From Rebecca billardiae RCC1528 (taxonomy: Eukaryota; Protista; Haptophyta), in the NCBI GenBank assembly GCA_965240325.2, contig OZ251254.1, positions 744,001 through 808,000 on the forward strand: a stretch of DNA of 64,000 bases, written 5' to 3'. Below the pieces are notes generated by a model. The model did no database searches, had not been told where the DNA came from, and saw only the letters and a list, made by a program, of their open reading frames with translations. Position 1 is the first letter of the stretch. The number at the start of each line of letters is the position of its first letter. Positions 23,822 through 34,587 of this stretch are shown one piece after another. The translations under genes were made by a program, and so were the position numbers.

Positions 23822-25540
23822 CGCGGCGCGGCCGCCGCGCCGTTCAACTCGCCCGTCGCCGCGTCGCGGCTGCTGCGCGGCGCGGTGCACGCGCGCTTCG
23901 AGCGGCGCGCGCGCTCACTCGTCGACTGGCGCGCGGCCGAGGGCGCGGAGAGCGCGCCCACGTCCCCCGGGCCGCTCGACGACGGAGCGTGCGCCGCGGG
24001 CGTTCACGCGCTGCGCGGCCGCGGCGGCGGCGTTGGCGGCGGCGGCGGCGCGTGCGGCGGCGCGCGCTTTGGCGCGGTGCGCGCGCTGTCGGGGCTCGCG
24101 CCGCCGCCGCCGCCGCCCGCGGACGGCGCGGCGTCCGCGCCCGCCTCGCCCGCGGGCGAGCGCGGCAAGCAGGAGCGCCGGGAGTCCTTCCGGGCGGCCT
24201 CGCCCAAGGGCGGTACCTCGCCGCACGCGGCGGGCGCGGACGCGGCCGCGGCGGGCGGCGGCGGCGGCGGCGGGTGCGGGCGCGCGGGCAGCCGCTCTGG
24301 CGTGCTGATGCGCCGCTTCCGCCAGTCGTTCAACTCGACGCTCGGCGCGGCGACGGGCCGGCTGCGCCGCGCGCCGAGGCCGTCCGAGGAAGGCAGCGCC
24401 GCCGACTCGGAGGAGGCGGAGGGCTGGGCGGCCGCGCAGCAGCAGCTCGCGGCCGCGCAGCAGGCGGCGGCCGAGGCGGAGGCGGAGCGGCGCGCGGCGC
24501 TGCGGCGCATCGACTTTTACGTCGTGCACTCGAGGGGGGACGACGAGGGGGCGAAGCACCGCGCGCTGGAGCGCTGGGCGGCGGCGTGGGCGGCGGAGCA
24601 CGGCCGGCCGCCGCGCGTCTGGCTCGACTCGCGCTGCCAGCCGCCCGACGCGCCGCTGCGCACACAGCTGGCACACATGCCCACGCACGTCGGCCGCGCG
24701 CGCTCGCTGCTGCTGCTGCTCGGACCGACGCTGGCGGACCGGCTGTGGGCGGTGGCCGAGCTGTACGTGTGGTCGGTGCTCGGCGGCGCGGCGGCGGACG
24801 TGCACGTGCTCCTCGTCGCGCAGGGGCCGGCGCAGCGCCGCCTCGCCCTCGCGGCCATCGACACCTTCCACGTCATGTACGCTTCGCTCGGCGTGGCCGG
24901 CGCGGCCGCGGCGGCGAGCGCGCTCCGCGTCGCCGACCCGAGCGGCGCGAGCCTGTCCGCGCAGCGGATGGTGGCGACGGCGTCCGCCGCGGCGATGCTG
25001 GCGCGACGGTCGGTGGCGCGCGGCGGGGGCGGCGGCGCGCGCGCGGCGCGCGGCAGCTCGGCAGACGCGGACGCGGACTCCGACTCCGACTCCGACGCGG
25101 ACGCGGGCGCGGGCGCGGACGCGCTCGAGAGCGGAGCGGCGCCGCGTGCCTCCCGCTGCTCCGCCGCCGCGTCCACGCGCGCCTCGGCCGCCGACGACGA
25201 GAGCGGCGCCGACGGCGGCGCCCGTCGCGGCGGTCTGCGCGCCGCGTGCGCGCCGCTCGGCTGCCGGTGGCGCTGGGGGGCCGGCTGGGGGCCGTCCGCC
25301 TGGATGGCGGAGCGGCGCTCGCGCGCGTCCGCGCAGCGCGCGGCGCTCGCGGAGGAGGCGGAGGCGCACGAGCGCATCGTGCACATGGTCGAGCTCGCGC
25401 AGGTCTCGTGCTTCAACGAGGCGGTGCGCGCGTACATGCCGCTCGCCCGGGAGGCGGCCGAGCGCGCGGAGGCGGCGGAGGCGGCGGCGGAGGCGGAGGC
25501 GGAGGCGGCGGACGATGGGCCCGCCAAGACGCTGCTCTGA
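18189..25540 (+). CDS. Nucleoside-hydrolase-fold (XopQ/HopQ1-like) + about 6 TM + TIR-like fusion protein; 8 exons, one +1 frame shift near 23820
   Basis: Exons 18189-18474, 18638-18703, 18827-18953, 19161-19308, 19579-19687, 20162-20265, 20389-20624, 20817 onward splice in frame to give IVTDPGPDPDDIKALL...VVANGG...VPVAVG...VQGG...NNGFD...KPYDVVAL. Hydrophobic segments at 22020-22820. IDFYVVHS...VWLD...LLLLLGPTL.DRLWAVAEL at 24500-24790 (next frame). Confidence 0.78.
19687..20083 (+). repeat. 14-bp minisatellite (GGTGCGGCTGCGGG) x about 28, inside intron 5
   Basis: Perfect tandem array starting exactly at the splice donor. Confidence 0.95.
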
Positions 25541-25633
25541 CGGGCGGGTGGGCGGCCTCGCCCGCCTGATGGCTGATGGCCGATGAGGCGCCAGGGCCCA
25601 GAGGGGTAGTCTGCTTATAATTCTTCTTATTAA

Positions 25634-25717
25634 CTCTCTCTCTCGATCTCTCTCTCTCTCTCTCTCTCTCCCTCTCTCTCTCGATCTCTCTCTCTGTCTC
25701 TCTCTCTCTCTCTCTCT
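25634..25717. repeat. (CT)n microsatellite, followed by AT-rich tracts to about 25990
   Basis: Near-pure CT run. Confidence 0.9.
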
Positions 25718-26259
25718 AAGTCTAGCCGTCTCCGTACGGTCTCAGGCGGCTCCGTCAGGCGTCACACTCTCGTCTGGCTAGCTATAATAAATATAATATA
25801 TATATGAGGGGGGGGGGGACGACGGCGAGGAGCGCTGATCCTGGCGGTGTTTGTCTCTGCTGCTCGATCTGCTGCTACAGCTTGCTGACTCTGACGCCTG
25901 CCCGTTGCATACCACGTCGTTAATATATCGATTATAATATATAATATATATATATATTATAATATATATATTATATAATAATAATAATTATCGGCGGGGC
26001 GCACTCTTGACACGACCGCCACTAGCTGATATGCTACTCGACTACTCACGCGCGAGCCTGATGCGGCCGCCGGATGTTGCGGGATGAGCCGGCTAGGTCT
26101 CGTCACGACCGCGGCGAGCCTCGCTGGCGCTGCGGCGTCGGACCGTCCCGGGTGCCGCGCTCGGCGCGCCGATGCTGCTGACAGTATGATGACTCATCGC
26201 GGGAGGAAGTCAGCTGTGAGCTGGGGAACCTGCTGGCGGAAGGGTGAAGCTGAGCGCGG

Positions 26260-26841
26260 TCAGATGGTGAAATCACCGTCTCGGAGAAACGACGTGACTC
26301 GGCACGACGCGGCGTCATCATTGGACTTGGGCGCGCGCGGCACGGGCACGGTAAAGAAGTCTGATGAGCCCATGACGGTTGTGAATGGTGGATGCTGGTG
26401 GTCGGAGGTGTTGGTGTCCGGCGCAGTGGGTGTGTGCTCGACGTCGGGCCCATCGCTGACATGCATGCCGCGAAGGAGGTGGGTGGGCAGCCGCGGTGAC
26501 GGCCGGCAGCTCGCGTACTTCTTGACGCTGAGCCAGAGGGTGCCGAGCGCGAGGATGCACACGACGCCGCGCGCGGCAACCCCAGCGAGGGCGAAGCCCG
26601 CGCCGTTCGCCACCCTGAGCAGGTCAATGTGGTCGCACCGGCTGCACTCGGTAGGCCACGGTACGGCGCCAGGGCTGCCATCGCACACGCACAGCGTTTC
26701 GAGGCGGTACACCTCCATGCTTGCGTACAAGCCCACCGCGCCCCCGAGCAGGAGGAGGCCCGCGGAGAGCGTGAGGCAGCCGCACAGCACCGCCTTGTTG
26801 GCCGCCTCGATCGCCACCGTCTGCGTGACGCCTGCGGGCAT
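26260..26841 (-). CDS. Hypothetical small membrane protein (two hydrophobic regions around a Cys-containing loop); start uncertain
   Basis: VLCGCLTLSAGLLLLGGAVGLY ... CVC..ECSRC ... GFALAGVAARGVVCILALGTLWL; coding-like codon usage. Confidence 0.5.
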   Translation of the reverse strand: MPAGVTQTVAIEAANKAVLCGCLTLSAGLLLLGGAVGLYASMEVYRLETLCVCDGSPGAVPWPTECSRCDHIDLLRVANGAGFALAGVAARGVVCILALGTLWLSVKKYASCRPSPRLPTHLLRGMHVSDGPDVEHTPTAPDTNTSDHQHPPFTTVMGSSDFFTVPVPRAPKSNDDAASCRVTSFLRDGDFTI

Positions 26842-27516
26842 ACGCCGAGGACCTGGAAGGGGTGCGCGCACGGTCAGGCACGCAGCCCTCGGGAGCTTCA
26901 CGCGCAGCATCCGCAGCAGGTTGCGCGCCGGGGCTCGTGCACGCGCGCGCGCCGTACCAGAGCTACCGGGCTCGGCGGGCGCATGAGCATCAGTCCAGTC
27001 ACACACTGTACCTGGAACGCTCACGCTGATGCTCGTGGCGCGGGTGCTCTCCGTCGCCAGAGTGGACATGACCTCGCGCCTTCGGCTGGGTGCTGGCGCA
27101 CCCCTCGTCGGCGGTCGTCGCACCTTCCGCGCACCTCCTACCGTACAGGAAAATGAAAATAGATGATACTGTACGGTACCTTGGCTTCCTATTGGACGGG
27201 AGGGGCGGCGGGTGGGTAGAGCACTAGAGCAAGTGATTGTCCCGATTCGGGAGGGGATAATAGGCTTACGTTCGGAGGATTCGGGAGCGCTCCACTTCAC
27301 CCGAGCTGTGCGCTGATTCGCTGAGTACCAGCGCCAAAGCGTGTTTTTGAGTTTCAAAAACCATATACACCATCATAGTTTCCAATAATCAGACGTTCAA
27401 GGTCATGCACTCATGCCGGTCGGCCGAAGAGAGTCATACAATCGCGCAGCTTATTCAAACCGTTTTTTATGTTTGCTGCACCAGAGGTACCGGCCCCCCG
27501 GCGGGGCGGCCGTCGT

Positions 27517-27913
27517 CGGACTACTTCTATGATTTTTAAAAGACACAGGCACGAGGGCGCAGCTCTCCTGATTCGTCTGTCGAAGTACTGAATGGAGTTA
27601 ATGGCGGATGTCGGAGCGCGTTGGCCGCGGGTGAGGGAGTCGTCGTAACCGATGCTGATCACACGGTCACTGAGGTAGTAGGCGCCCGGGGATGCCGCTG
27701 TTTTGCAGTCGTCGTCGGCCTTGGTCATCATGTAGTTGCCCGCGTCGTCGTCGTCCGAGGCTGTTCAAGTTGATGCCGTAGTGCAGGTAGTGGATGTGGT
27801 CGCCCGGGCCGGTGTGCGCGGCCTAGTGGCCTTGCCGAGTTGAGGGAGTAGTCGCCCTTGCCGTTGAGGAAGTCGTCGTCCTTGCCGTTGAGGAAGTCGT
27901 CGCCCTGGCCGCA
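27517..27913. repeat. Dispersed repeat, direct copy of 32334-32729
   Basis: Near-identical from GGACTA.TTCTATGATTT through GTCGTCGCCCTGGCCGCAG. Confidence 0.9.
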
Positions 27914-28347
27914 GGCAATTTCAAAAGTAATAGGCGGGGGGAACCTCCCAAAAAGATTCTCCCCCCCCTAACTGCCAAGGCCGCGCTCATATAAATAATG
28001 TCATATTAAGCGATCGTGATTCAAGCGCTAGTGCTCTCGGCCACCAACGCCGACTTCGTGTCGACGATCCGCGGGCACTGCCGACGATACGAATCAGGAG
28101 ACCTGCGCCGTCCTACCTGTGTCATTAAATCGTCATCACAGAATGGGTCCCCGGCGGCGCGGGCTCCGTGCGTCACGATGCACTCGGTACCGAGGCGTCC
28201 CGACCGAGCGTGCCGCGTGGCGGGCGGCAGCCTTGGCAGAGCCAGAGTTCAGTGCGCGCTGCTCGACCGCGGCCAGCGCGCCACACTTGCTGGCCGCTCG
28301 CCCAGTCCGTACTCCGTAGTCGGCGCTCGCGCCGGCCGTCCGCGCCG

Positions 28348-31300
28348 TCACTGCGGCTGCGAGGACGGCTGCTGGCGCGCGGCGGCAAAGACCTCGCGCG
28401 TGAGCCACGCGAGCGCCTCTGCAGACGCGCTCTTGGCCATGAACGGCTCGGCGCGCTCGGACAGCGCGCACCCCTCGGCGGGCGCGCGCTCGTGCTGCTG
28501 CTGCTGCGGCGGCGGCTGCGCCGCGTGCGCCCCGCTACCCGGCTGCTGCTGCCCCGGCTGCACGACGGTGCCGCGCAGCTCGGCGAGCACGCCGTCCAGC
28601 AGCTCGTCCCGCTCGCCGCCCTCCTCGCCCATCTGCGCGAGGACGAGCAGCTGCGCGGACAGCTCGCAGATGCGCTGCTGCCGCTCGTCCGCCAGGGGGA
28701 GCGCGTCCGCGCTGCAGCCGCGCGACAGGCCGGCCAGCTCAGAGCCGGCGCTGTCGGCCGGGCGCGAGCACGCGGGCTCGGCGCCGGGCGGCTGCTGCGG
28801 CGGCGGCGGCTGCTGCGGCTGGCCGGACGAGACGGTGCGAGGCTTGGGCGGCGGCGCCATCTCCGCGTCCGGCCCCGCTGCGTACAGCGCTCGCGCCTGC
28901 TGCTGCAGCCCGAAAGTCGAGGCCGACGGCCGCAGCCCGCCACCGCCGCGCCGCCCGCCGCCGCCGCCGCCGCGCGCCGGCTCCTGCTGCTGCTGCTGCG
29001 CCTCCGCGCCGCCGTCGTTGTCGTTGTCGTTGTCGCCGGAGTCGGGCAGTGAGGTGGCGGCCGCCTCGAGCGCGTGCGCGTGCAACGAGTCGAGCGTACG
29101 CGGCAGCGCGTGCAGCTGCGGCGCGCAGCTGTGGATGTAGCCCAGCAGGTTGAGCTGCGTGCGCGTCGAGAGCGCGCGCAGCGGCTGCACGCGCGGGTCT
29201 GACTGGTCCTCGTCCGCGGAGCCGTCCGCCTCCGCCTCCGCGCCCGCGTCCGCGCCGCCGCCGCCGCCGTCGCACCGCCGCGCGGCGGCGTCGGCGGCGG
29301 GGGCGGGGGCGCCGTGCGCGCGGCCGCCGTGGTGGTGGTGCTGCAGCGCCGCGGAGGCGAGGTCGTCGAGGCTGCCATGTGTGTACTCGCCGCCGCCAAA
29401 CGCGCCGCCGCCGCCGCCGTGCTGCGGCTGCTGCGGCTGCTGCTGCGCGCCACAGCCAGCGCCTGCGTGGCAGCTCCCGCGCTGGGCCTCTGCCGCGCCG
29501 TAGCACCCGGCAGCGCCGCGCGGGGCAGGGCCGCCGGCCGCCGCGCACACGTGCGCTGCCATGCGCAGCCCGCCGCTCGGCGCCGCGCCGGCGCCGAGCG
29601 GCTGGGCGGGCGCGAGCAGCTGCGGCGCGGCGTGCGGCGCGCCGCCTCCGAGCATCATGCTGCCGCACCCGCCGCCCAGCGCGCCGCCCGCGCCCCCGCA
29701 GCCGTGGCCCAGCCGGAGAGGCGCGGGCGCGCACGGCTGCTGGCTGGTGTGCAGCGCGGGGCAGGACGCAGGCACCGCACACACGCCGCCGCACCCGGCG
29801 GCGGCGGCGCACGCGCCCACCTGCTGCGGCTGCGGCTGCTGCGCCGTCGGCACCGCGTGCGCGCACGCCGGCTGCTGCGCCGTGCCCGCTGGGAGGCCGG
29901 GCGCGCACGGCCGAGCGCCCCGCTGCGCAGCGTCCGGCGGTGGGCGGAGCAGCAGCTGCGGCGGCAGCGGCGGCAGCGGCGGCAGCGGCGGCAGCGCCGG
30001 CTGTGCAAACGCGCCAGGCATCAGCACGGCCAGCTGCTGCTGCCGCAGTGCCGCGGCCATCTGCGCGTGCGCGTGCGCCTGCGCGTGGGCGTGCGCGTGC
30101 GCGTGTGGGTAGCACGCGCTGCTCACGCCGCCCACGCCCGCACCCGCGCCCAGCGGGAGCGGCGCCTCGCCCATCGCGCCGCAGCCGGCGCTCGCGGGCT
30201 GCTGGCCCAGGCCGCCGCCCGCGCCCAGCGGCACGCCCGCGCCCGCGCCCAGCTGCCCCAGCCCCGGCAGCATCGACGGCATGGCGCCGCCCGCGCCCGC
30301 GCCACCGTACGCCGCCGCGCCCGCGCCGCAGCCGTGCGCGTAGGGCGCGCAGCCGTGCGGCGCGTAGGGCAGCCCCGCCGCGGCAGCGAGCTGGTCGACT
30401 CGAAGCCCGGCGGCGCCCGCGCCGCCGAGCGCGCCCGCGCCGCCGAGCGCGCCCAGGCCGGCCATGAAGGCGGACATGCCGCCGGCCGAGACGCCGGTCG
30501 GCAGGCCGGCCGCGCAGCAGCCGGCGGGGGCGGCGGCGGCGTGGGCGAGCGTCGGCAGCGCGGGCGCGGCCGCGAGCAGCTGCTTCTTGTGCTTGTGCGA
30601 CGCGTTCACGTTCACCATGCGCCGCTTGAGCGAGTGGTACCGGTTCTTGACCGCGTGCCCCGAGCGTCCGGGCAGCAGCTGCCGGATGCGGCACCACCGC
30701 TGCGCCCACAACGGCGCGCGCGGAGGGGCGGGCGGGCGGGCGGGCGGGCGGGCGCGGGGCGGGCGTGGGTGCGTCGCGCGGCGCATGTGTGTGTCGCGCG
30801 CCCCGCTCAGCCGCAGCGCTCGCCACCTCGCCCGCCACAGCGCGCGTGCGCGCGCGCCCAGCCCCGCGCGCCCAGCCGCCCTCCCGCGCAACCCACACCC
30901 TACCCTACCACCCTACCCGCGCGCACTGCAGCCTCGCCCTCCGCTCTCCCGCGCCCGCCTCCGCCTCCGCCTCCGCCCCGACCGCCTCGCCGCGCCCGCG
31001 CGGACTGCGCCCGCACCGCGGCCCCGCGCCACGCACCTGCCCGTGCTTTTCCACGTGCTGCAGGATCGCCGCGTCCTCCGCGGGCTCCCACTCGCCCTTC
31101 TTCACGTCGGGGCCGAGGTGGTTGAGCCAGCGCTCGCGGCACTGCCAGTCCTTGCGGCTGCCTGCGCGCCCAGGGGGACCAGAGGGGCGGGGCACACAGA
31201 GGGGGCGCGCACGTGGGCGGGCGGGCGCGCGGCTGAGCGCAGCGCGGCGCGGGCGCACGCGCTCTCGCCGCTCGCCGCGCGCCGCGCGCGCCGCACCCAT

Positions 31301-31802
31301 GTGCGTCGCGATCAGCGCCCACTGCTTTGCGCCCAGCCGCTCGACGACCTGCGCAGCGCGGCGCGGCAAAGCGCGGCGCGGCAAAGCGCGGCGCGGCGCG
31401 GCGCGGCAGTCGAGGCGGGAGTGCGCCCGCACGCGCGTGTGAGCCGTGCACGCACTGCGCGCGACGCGTGCGCGTGCACCCGTGCGCCCGGTCGACACCT
31501 GCCGCGGTGGCGGCGCCGAGCGAGCAACACACGGCCAGCGGACGGCGCGGCGCTCCGCCGCCGTCCATCCACTCGTGCGCCGAGGGCGGGGCGCGCGGCG
31601 GGAATGCCCGGTTGCATGCGCGTGTCCCGACGCAGCGCACCTCGGTCAGCTGCTCGTCCTCCGCGGCTGTCCACGTGCGGCGCGCCGACTGGCCCCTGCC
31701 GTTGGCATGGGCGTCGTCGGCCGCGCCGCCGTCGGCGCCGTTGGCGCCGCGCGCCTCCTCCTCGTCCGCGCCGGCCATGACCGCGTCGTCCTCCTCCCGC
31801 AT
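28348..31802 (-). CDS. R2R3-type Myb transcription factor, 4 exons
   Basis: Exons 31802-31641, 31348-31297, 31161-31037, 30699-28348 splice to WTAAEDEQLTEVVERLGAKQWALIATHMGSRKDWQCRERWLNHLGPDVKKGEWEPAEDAAILQHVEKHGQRWCRIRQLLPGRSGHAVKNRY; long Q/A/G-rich tail. Confidence 0.93.
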
Positions 31803-32333
31803 GGTGTGCCCGTCCGTGCTGGGCCGTGCCGGTGCCACGGGCTGACTCGAGGCGGGTCTCGCGCGCTCGCGCCGCGCGGACGGCCGGGGGACGCGGCCCG
31901 CGGCGGGTGCTCGAGCTCTGGCCATGTGGATGGCTCGCCCTTTGGTCGCGAGTTGCCGCCGCGGCGGCCAGAGATCTGATCTGATGAGATCGTGGCGAGT
32001 GGACCGATCGGCTGCTCAGCTTCGCGATCTCCGATCGAGAGCGGGACGGGGAGGGGAGATCGATGAGAGCAACGCCGCTAAGTCGATTATATAATCAGGC
32101 TGAAGCTCATGAGAATGATGACTAAATTAATAAGGCTGAAGGCTCATGAGAATGATGATGCGGGTGTGTTTGATGGCGGAGGAACTGAGAAAGTGAGAAG
32201 ATCCCGCTTCCAAACACGTTCCATGGTCGTTCAACGCTTTTCCGATTCTCGTCGCCATATGGTTTTGAATGATTATATATATTGTCGTCATCGTCGCAAT
32301 CTGAATTGCCAACGGTTCGCGGTTTGTGCCGCC

Positions 32334-34245
32334 GGACTAATTCTATGATTTAAAGACACAGGCACGAGGGCGCAGCTCTCCTGATTCGTCTGTCGAAGTA
32401 CTGAATGGAGTTAATGGAGGATGTCGCTGGAGCGCGTTGGCCGCGGGTGAGGGAGTCGTCGTAACCGATGCTGATCACACGGTCACTGAGGTAGTAGGCG
32501 CCCGGGGATGCCGCTGTTTTGCAGTCGTCGTCGGCCTTGGTCATCATGTAGTTGCCCGCGTCGTCGTCGTCCGAGGCTGTTCAAGTTGATGCCGTAGTGC
32601 AGGTAGTGGATGTGGTCGCCCGGGCCGGTGTGCGCGGCCTAGTGGCCTTGCCGAGTTGAGGGAGTCGTCGCCCTTGCCGTTGAGGAAGTCGTCGTCCTTG
32701 CCGTTGAGGAAGTCGTCGCCCTGGCCGCAGAGGAAGTCGTCGCCCTTGCCGTTGAGGAAGTCGTCGTCCTGGCCGCTGAGGGTGCCTGCGCTGCCCAACC
32801 GGGCGCGTCTGGCGCGCCAGCGCCGCGCGCGGCTCTACGCCAGCGACGGCGGCACGGCGGCAGCCAGGTCACGGGGGGGGTCGGCGAGGGACGCGGTGCG
32901 AGCCTGCTTGGCCGGCTTGGCGTCGCTCCCGCCAGCGGAGGAGGGCCCATCCTCCTCCGCCGGCGTGGACGGCTCGGTCGCCGCGCGCTTGCCGGCTGCC
33001 GCGGCGCCGGGGGGCAGGACCAGGCGGTAGTTGGACTCCCCGAGCGCCGGCCTGGCCTGTTGCACCTCGGGCCCGTCCGACGGCGCGGCCGCGGTTGGCG
33101 GCTGGGGTGGCGGGATGGCATCGTCGGAACCCTCCCCCTCGGGCTCCTCCGCCTCCGGGCCGGCGGGGTCCGCCGCCTGTTGGTCGGCCGGCTGAGGAGC
33201 AGGGCGGCGCGCAGCGGCGGGCGGCGCGGGCGGCACAGGCGGCGCGGGCGGCACGCCCCACAGGTTGTGTGGGACGCGGGCGGCGCCGGCGATGCGGCGG
33301 CTCGGCTTGAGCGGCGCGAAGAAGATGGGGTGCTCGGGGTCGATGGGCATGAAACGGAGGCGGAGGAAGATCAGGTTCACACCGCCGGAGTAGATGTTGG
33401 TCTCGACGTGCTCACCGTTGGTCACGTACTTGTTGATGTCGGGCACGATCTGCTCGTAGAGGGCCCTGTGGAACTGCACGAGCGTCATCGTGGGGCTAAC
33501 CGGGAGCGTGAGGGACACGTCCTTCGCCTGGGTTGCGAGGTCGGCCGCCGACAGCTGTGCGCGCCTGATTTCACACCATGTTCCCACTTGCAACGAAGCT
33601 GAGTAAACTCAGTAAAACCACCCGGATTAATTGGGGCGGAGTTCGCGCGGGATCAGTGACCGACCAACTGCGGCACCCGGCGAGGTCGCGCTCTTGCGCT
33701 AGCACCCACACGGCGGTTGTGGCATCCCACCATCTGGACAGGGGTAGCTCATGTCGCGTCGTCGGCCGACTCTTCCCGTCTGAGTGCGTGGGGCAGGCAT
33801 ATGCAGCGTGACACGCGCGTTGGTGAGGTGGGCACGTGTGGCACCGCGGTAGAGCCGCCTTCAGTGCGGGTCCTCCGACAGGAGCGGAGGAACAGAGGCC
33901 AGCACACGTCGAGCAAGGGCTATCCAGATACTGCGAGCGCACCATGCGCAGTGCGCCATCAAGGTCGATGACAGGCTCGTTATTGCGCACGGCAATAAGT
34001 GTAGGGTCGGCGGCTCCAAGCGCCGCATGCGGCCTCCGCGGGCGCGCCCGGTTCTCGGCGTGCGCGCGCGACCGTGGAAGGTCAGGAAACTGCATTCGTT
34101 TCCACTGCCAACGCAACGCCGCGTGTGTGCGCGCGTGTTGGCACGGCACGAATGCCCGGGTTGAACGTGATGTCGCCAGTAGCGCAGTTGCTTGGCAGCG
34201 TAACTAGGCGGTAAGGGCCCGCTTCCGCCTTCGGGCACTAGCCTA
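32334..34245 (-). mobile_element. Probable repeat-family element with an unclassified ORF (32835-33593) and a 24-bp tandem repeat; boundaries uncertain
   Basis: Left about 400 bp duplicated at 27517-27913; coding-like ORF without an in-frame ATG at its 5' end; no termini confidently found. Confidence 0.4.
32649..32780. repeat. 24-bp tandem repeat (GTCGTCGCCCTTGCCGTTGAGGAA), about 5 copies
   Basis: Visible period 24; about 3 copies in the 27.85-kb duplicate. Confidence 0.85.
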
Positions 34246-34587
34246 GCCGCGTCAGGACAGTCAGGGACCGTCCGCGGGCTAAGTGACGGGGCGGGATTTC
34301 AGAGAGCGGCGGCCAACTGCGGACGAATAAGAGCTCGCTCGTCATCTTCCGAAGGCAACCGAATAGGCTATTGTGAGCAGGGTTTGCTACTGCGTTCCGA
34401 AGTCTGCTTACGCGTTATTCAGCAGTGATGACTGTGTGAAGAGTCGTGAACACTGTCACTCGATACTGTCACACGACGATTCACAGTGACACAGAAATTC
34501 ACATCACGTTGACGTTACCTTCATCTATATATATATAATCTATATATTATAATATAATTATTACTAACCATGCGCAGTCCGATGTTA

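Noticed and set aside
18169-25569. 2466-aa single-exon ORF
   Set aside because: Read-through of in-frame introns, and the wrong frame after about 23820; replaced by the spliced model.
25720-25730. GTCTAGCCGTC matching the left end of the 2381 element, next to a microsatellite
   Set aside because: Only 11 bp and similarity stops at once; may be chance.
9148-31802. Functional cluster of regulators (receiver, homeobox, GAF, TIR, Myb)
   Set aside because: Eukaryotic genes in mixed orientation, separated by TEs; adjacency alone is not evidence of a shared pathway.
34205-34245. Canonical Helitron 3' end (hairpin plus CTAG)
   Set aside because: Stem is weak, CTAG is not followed by T, and no matching 5' TC end was identified.
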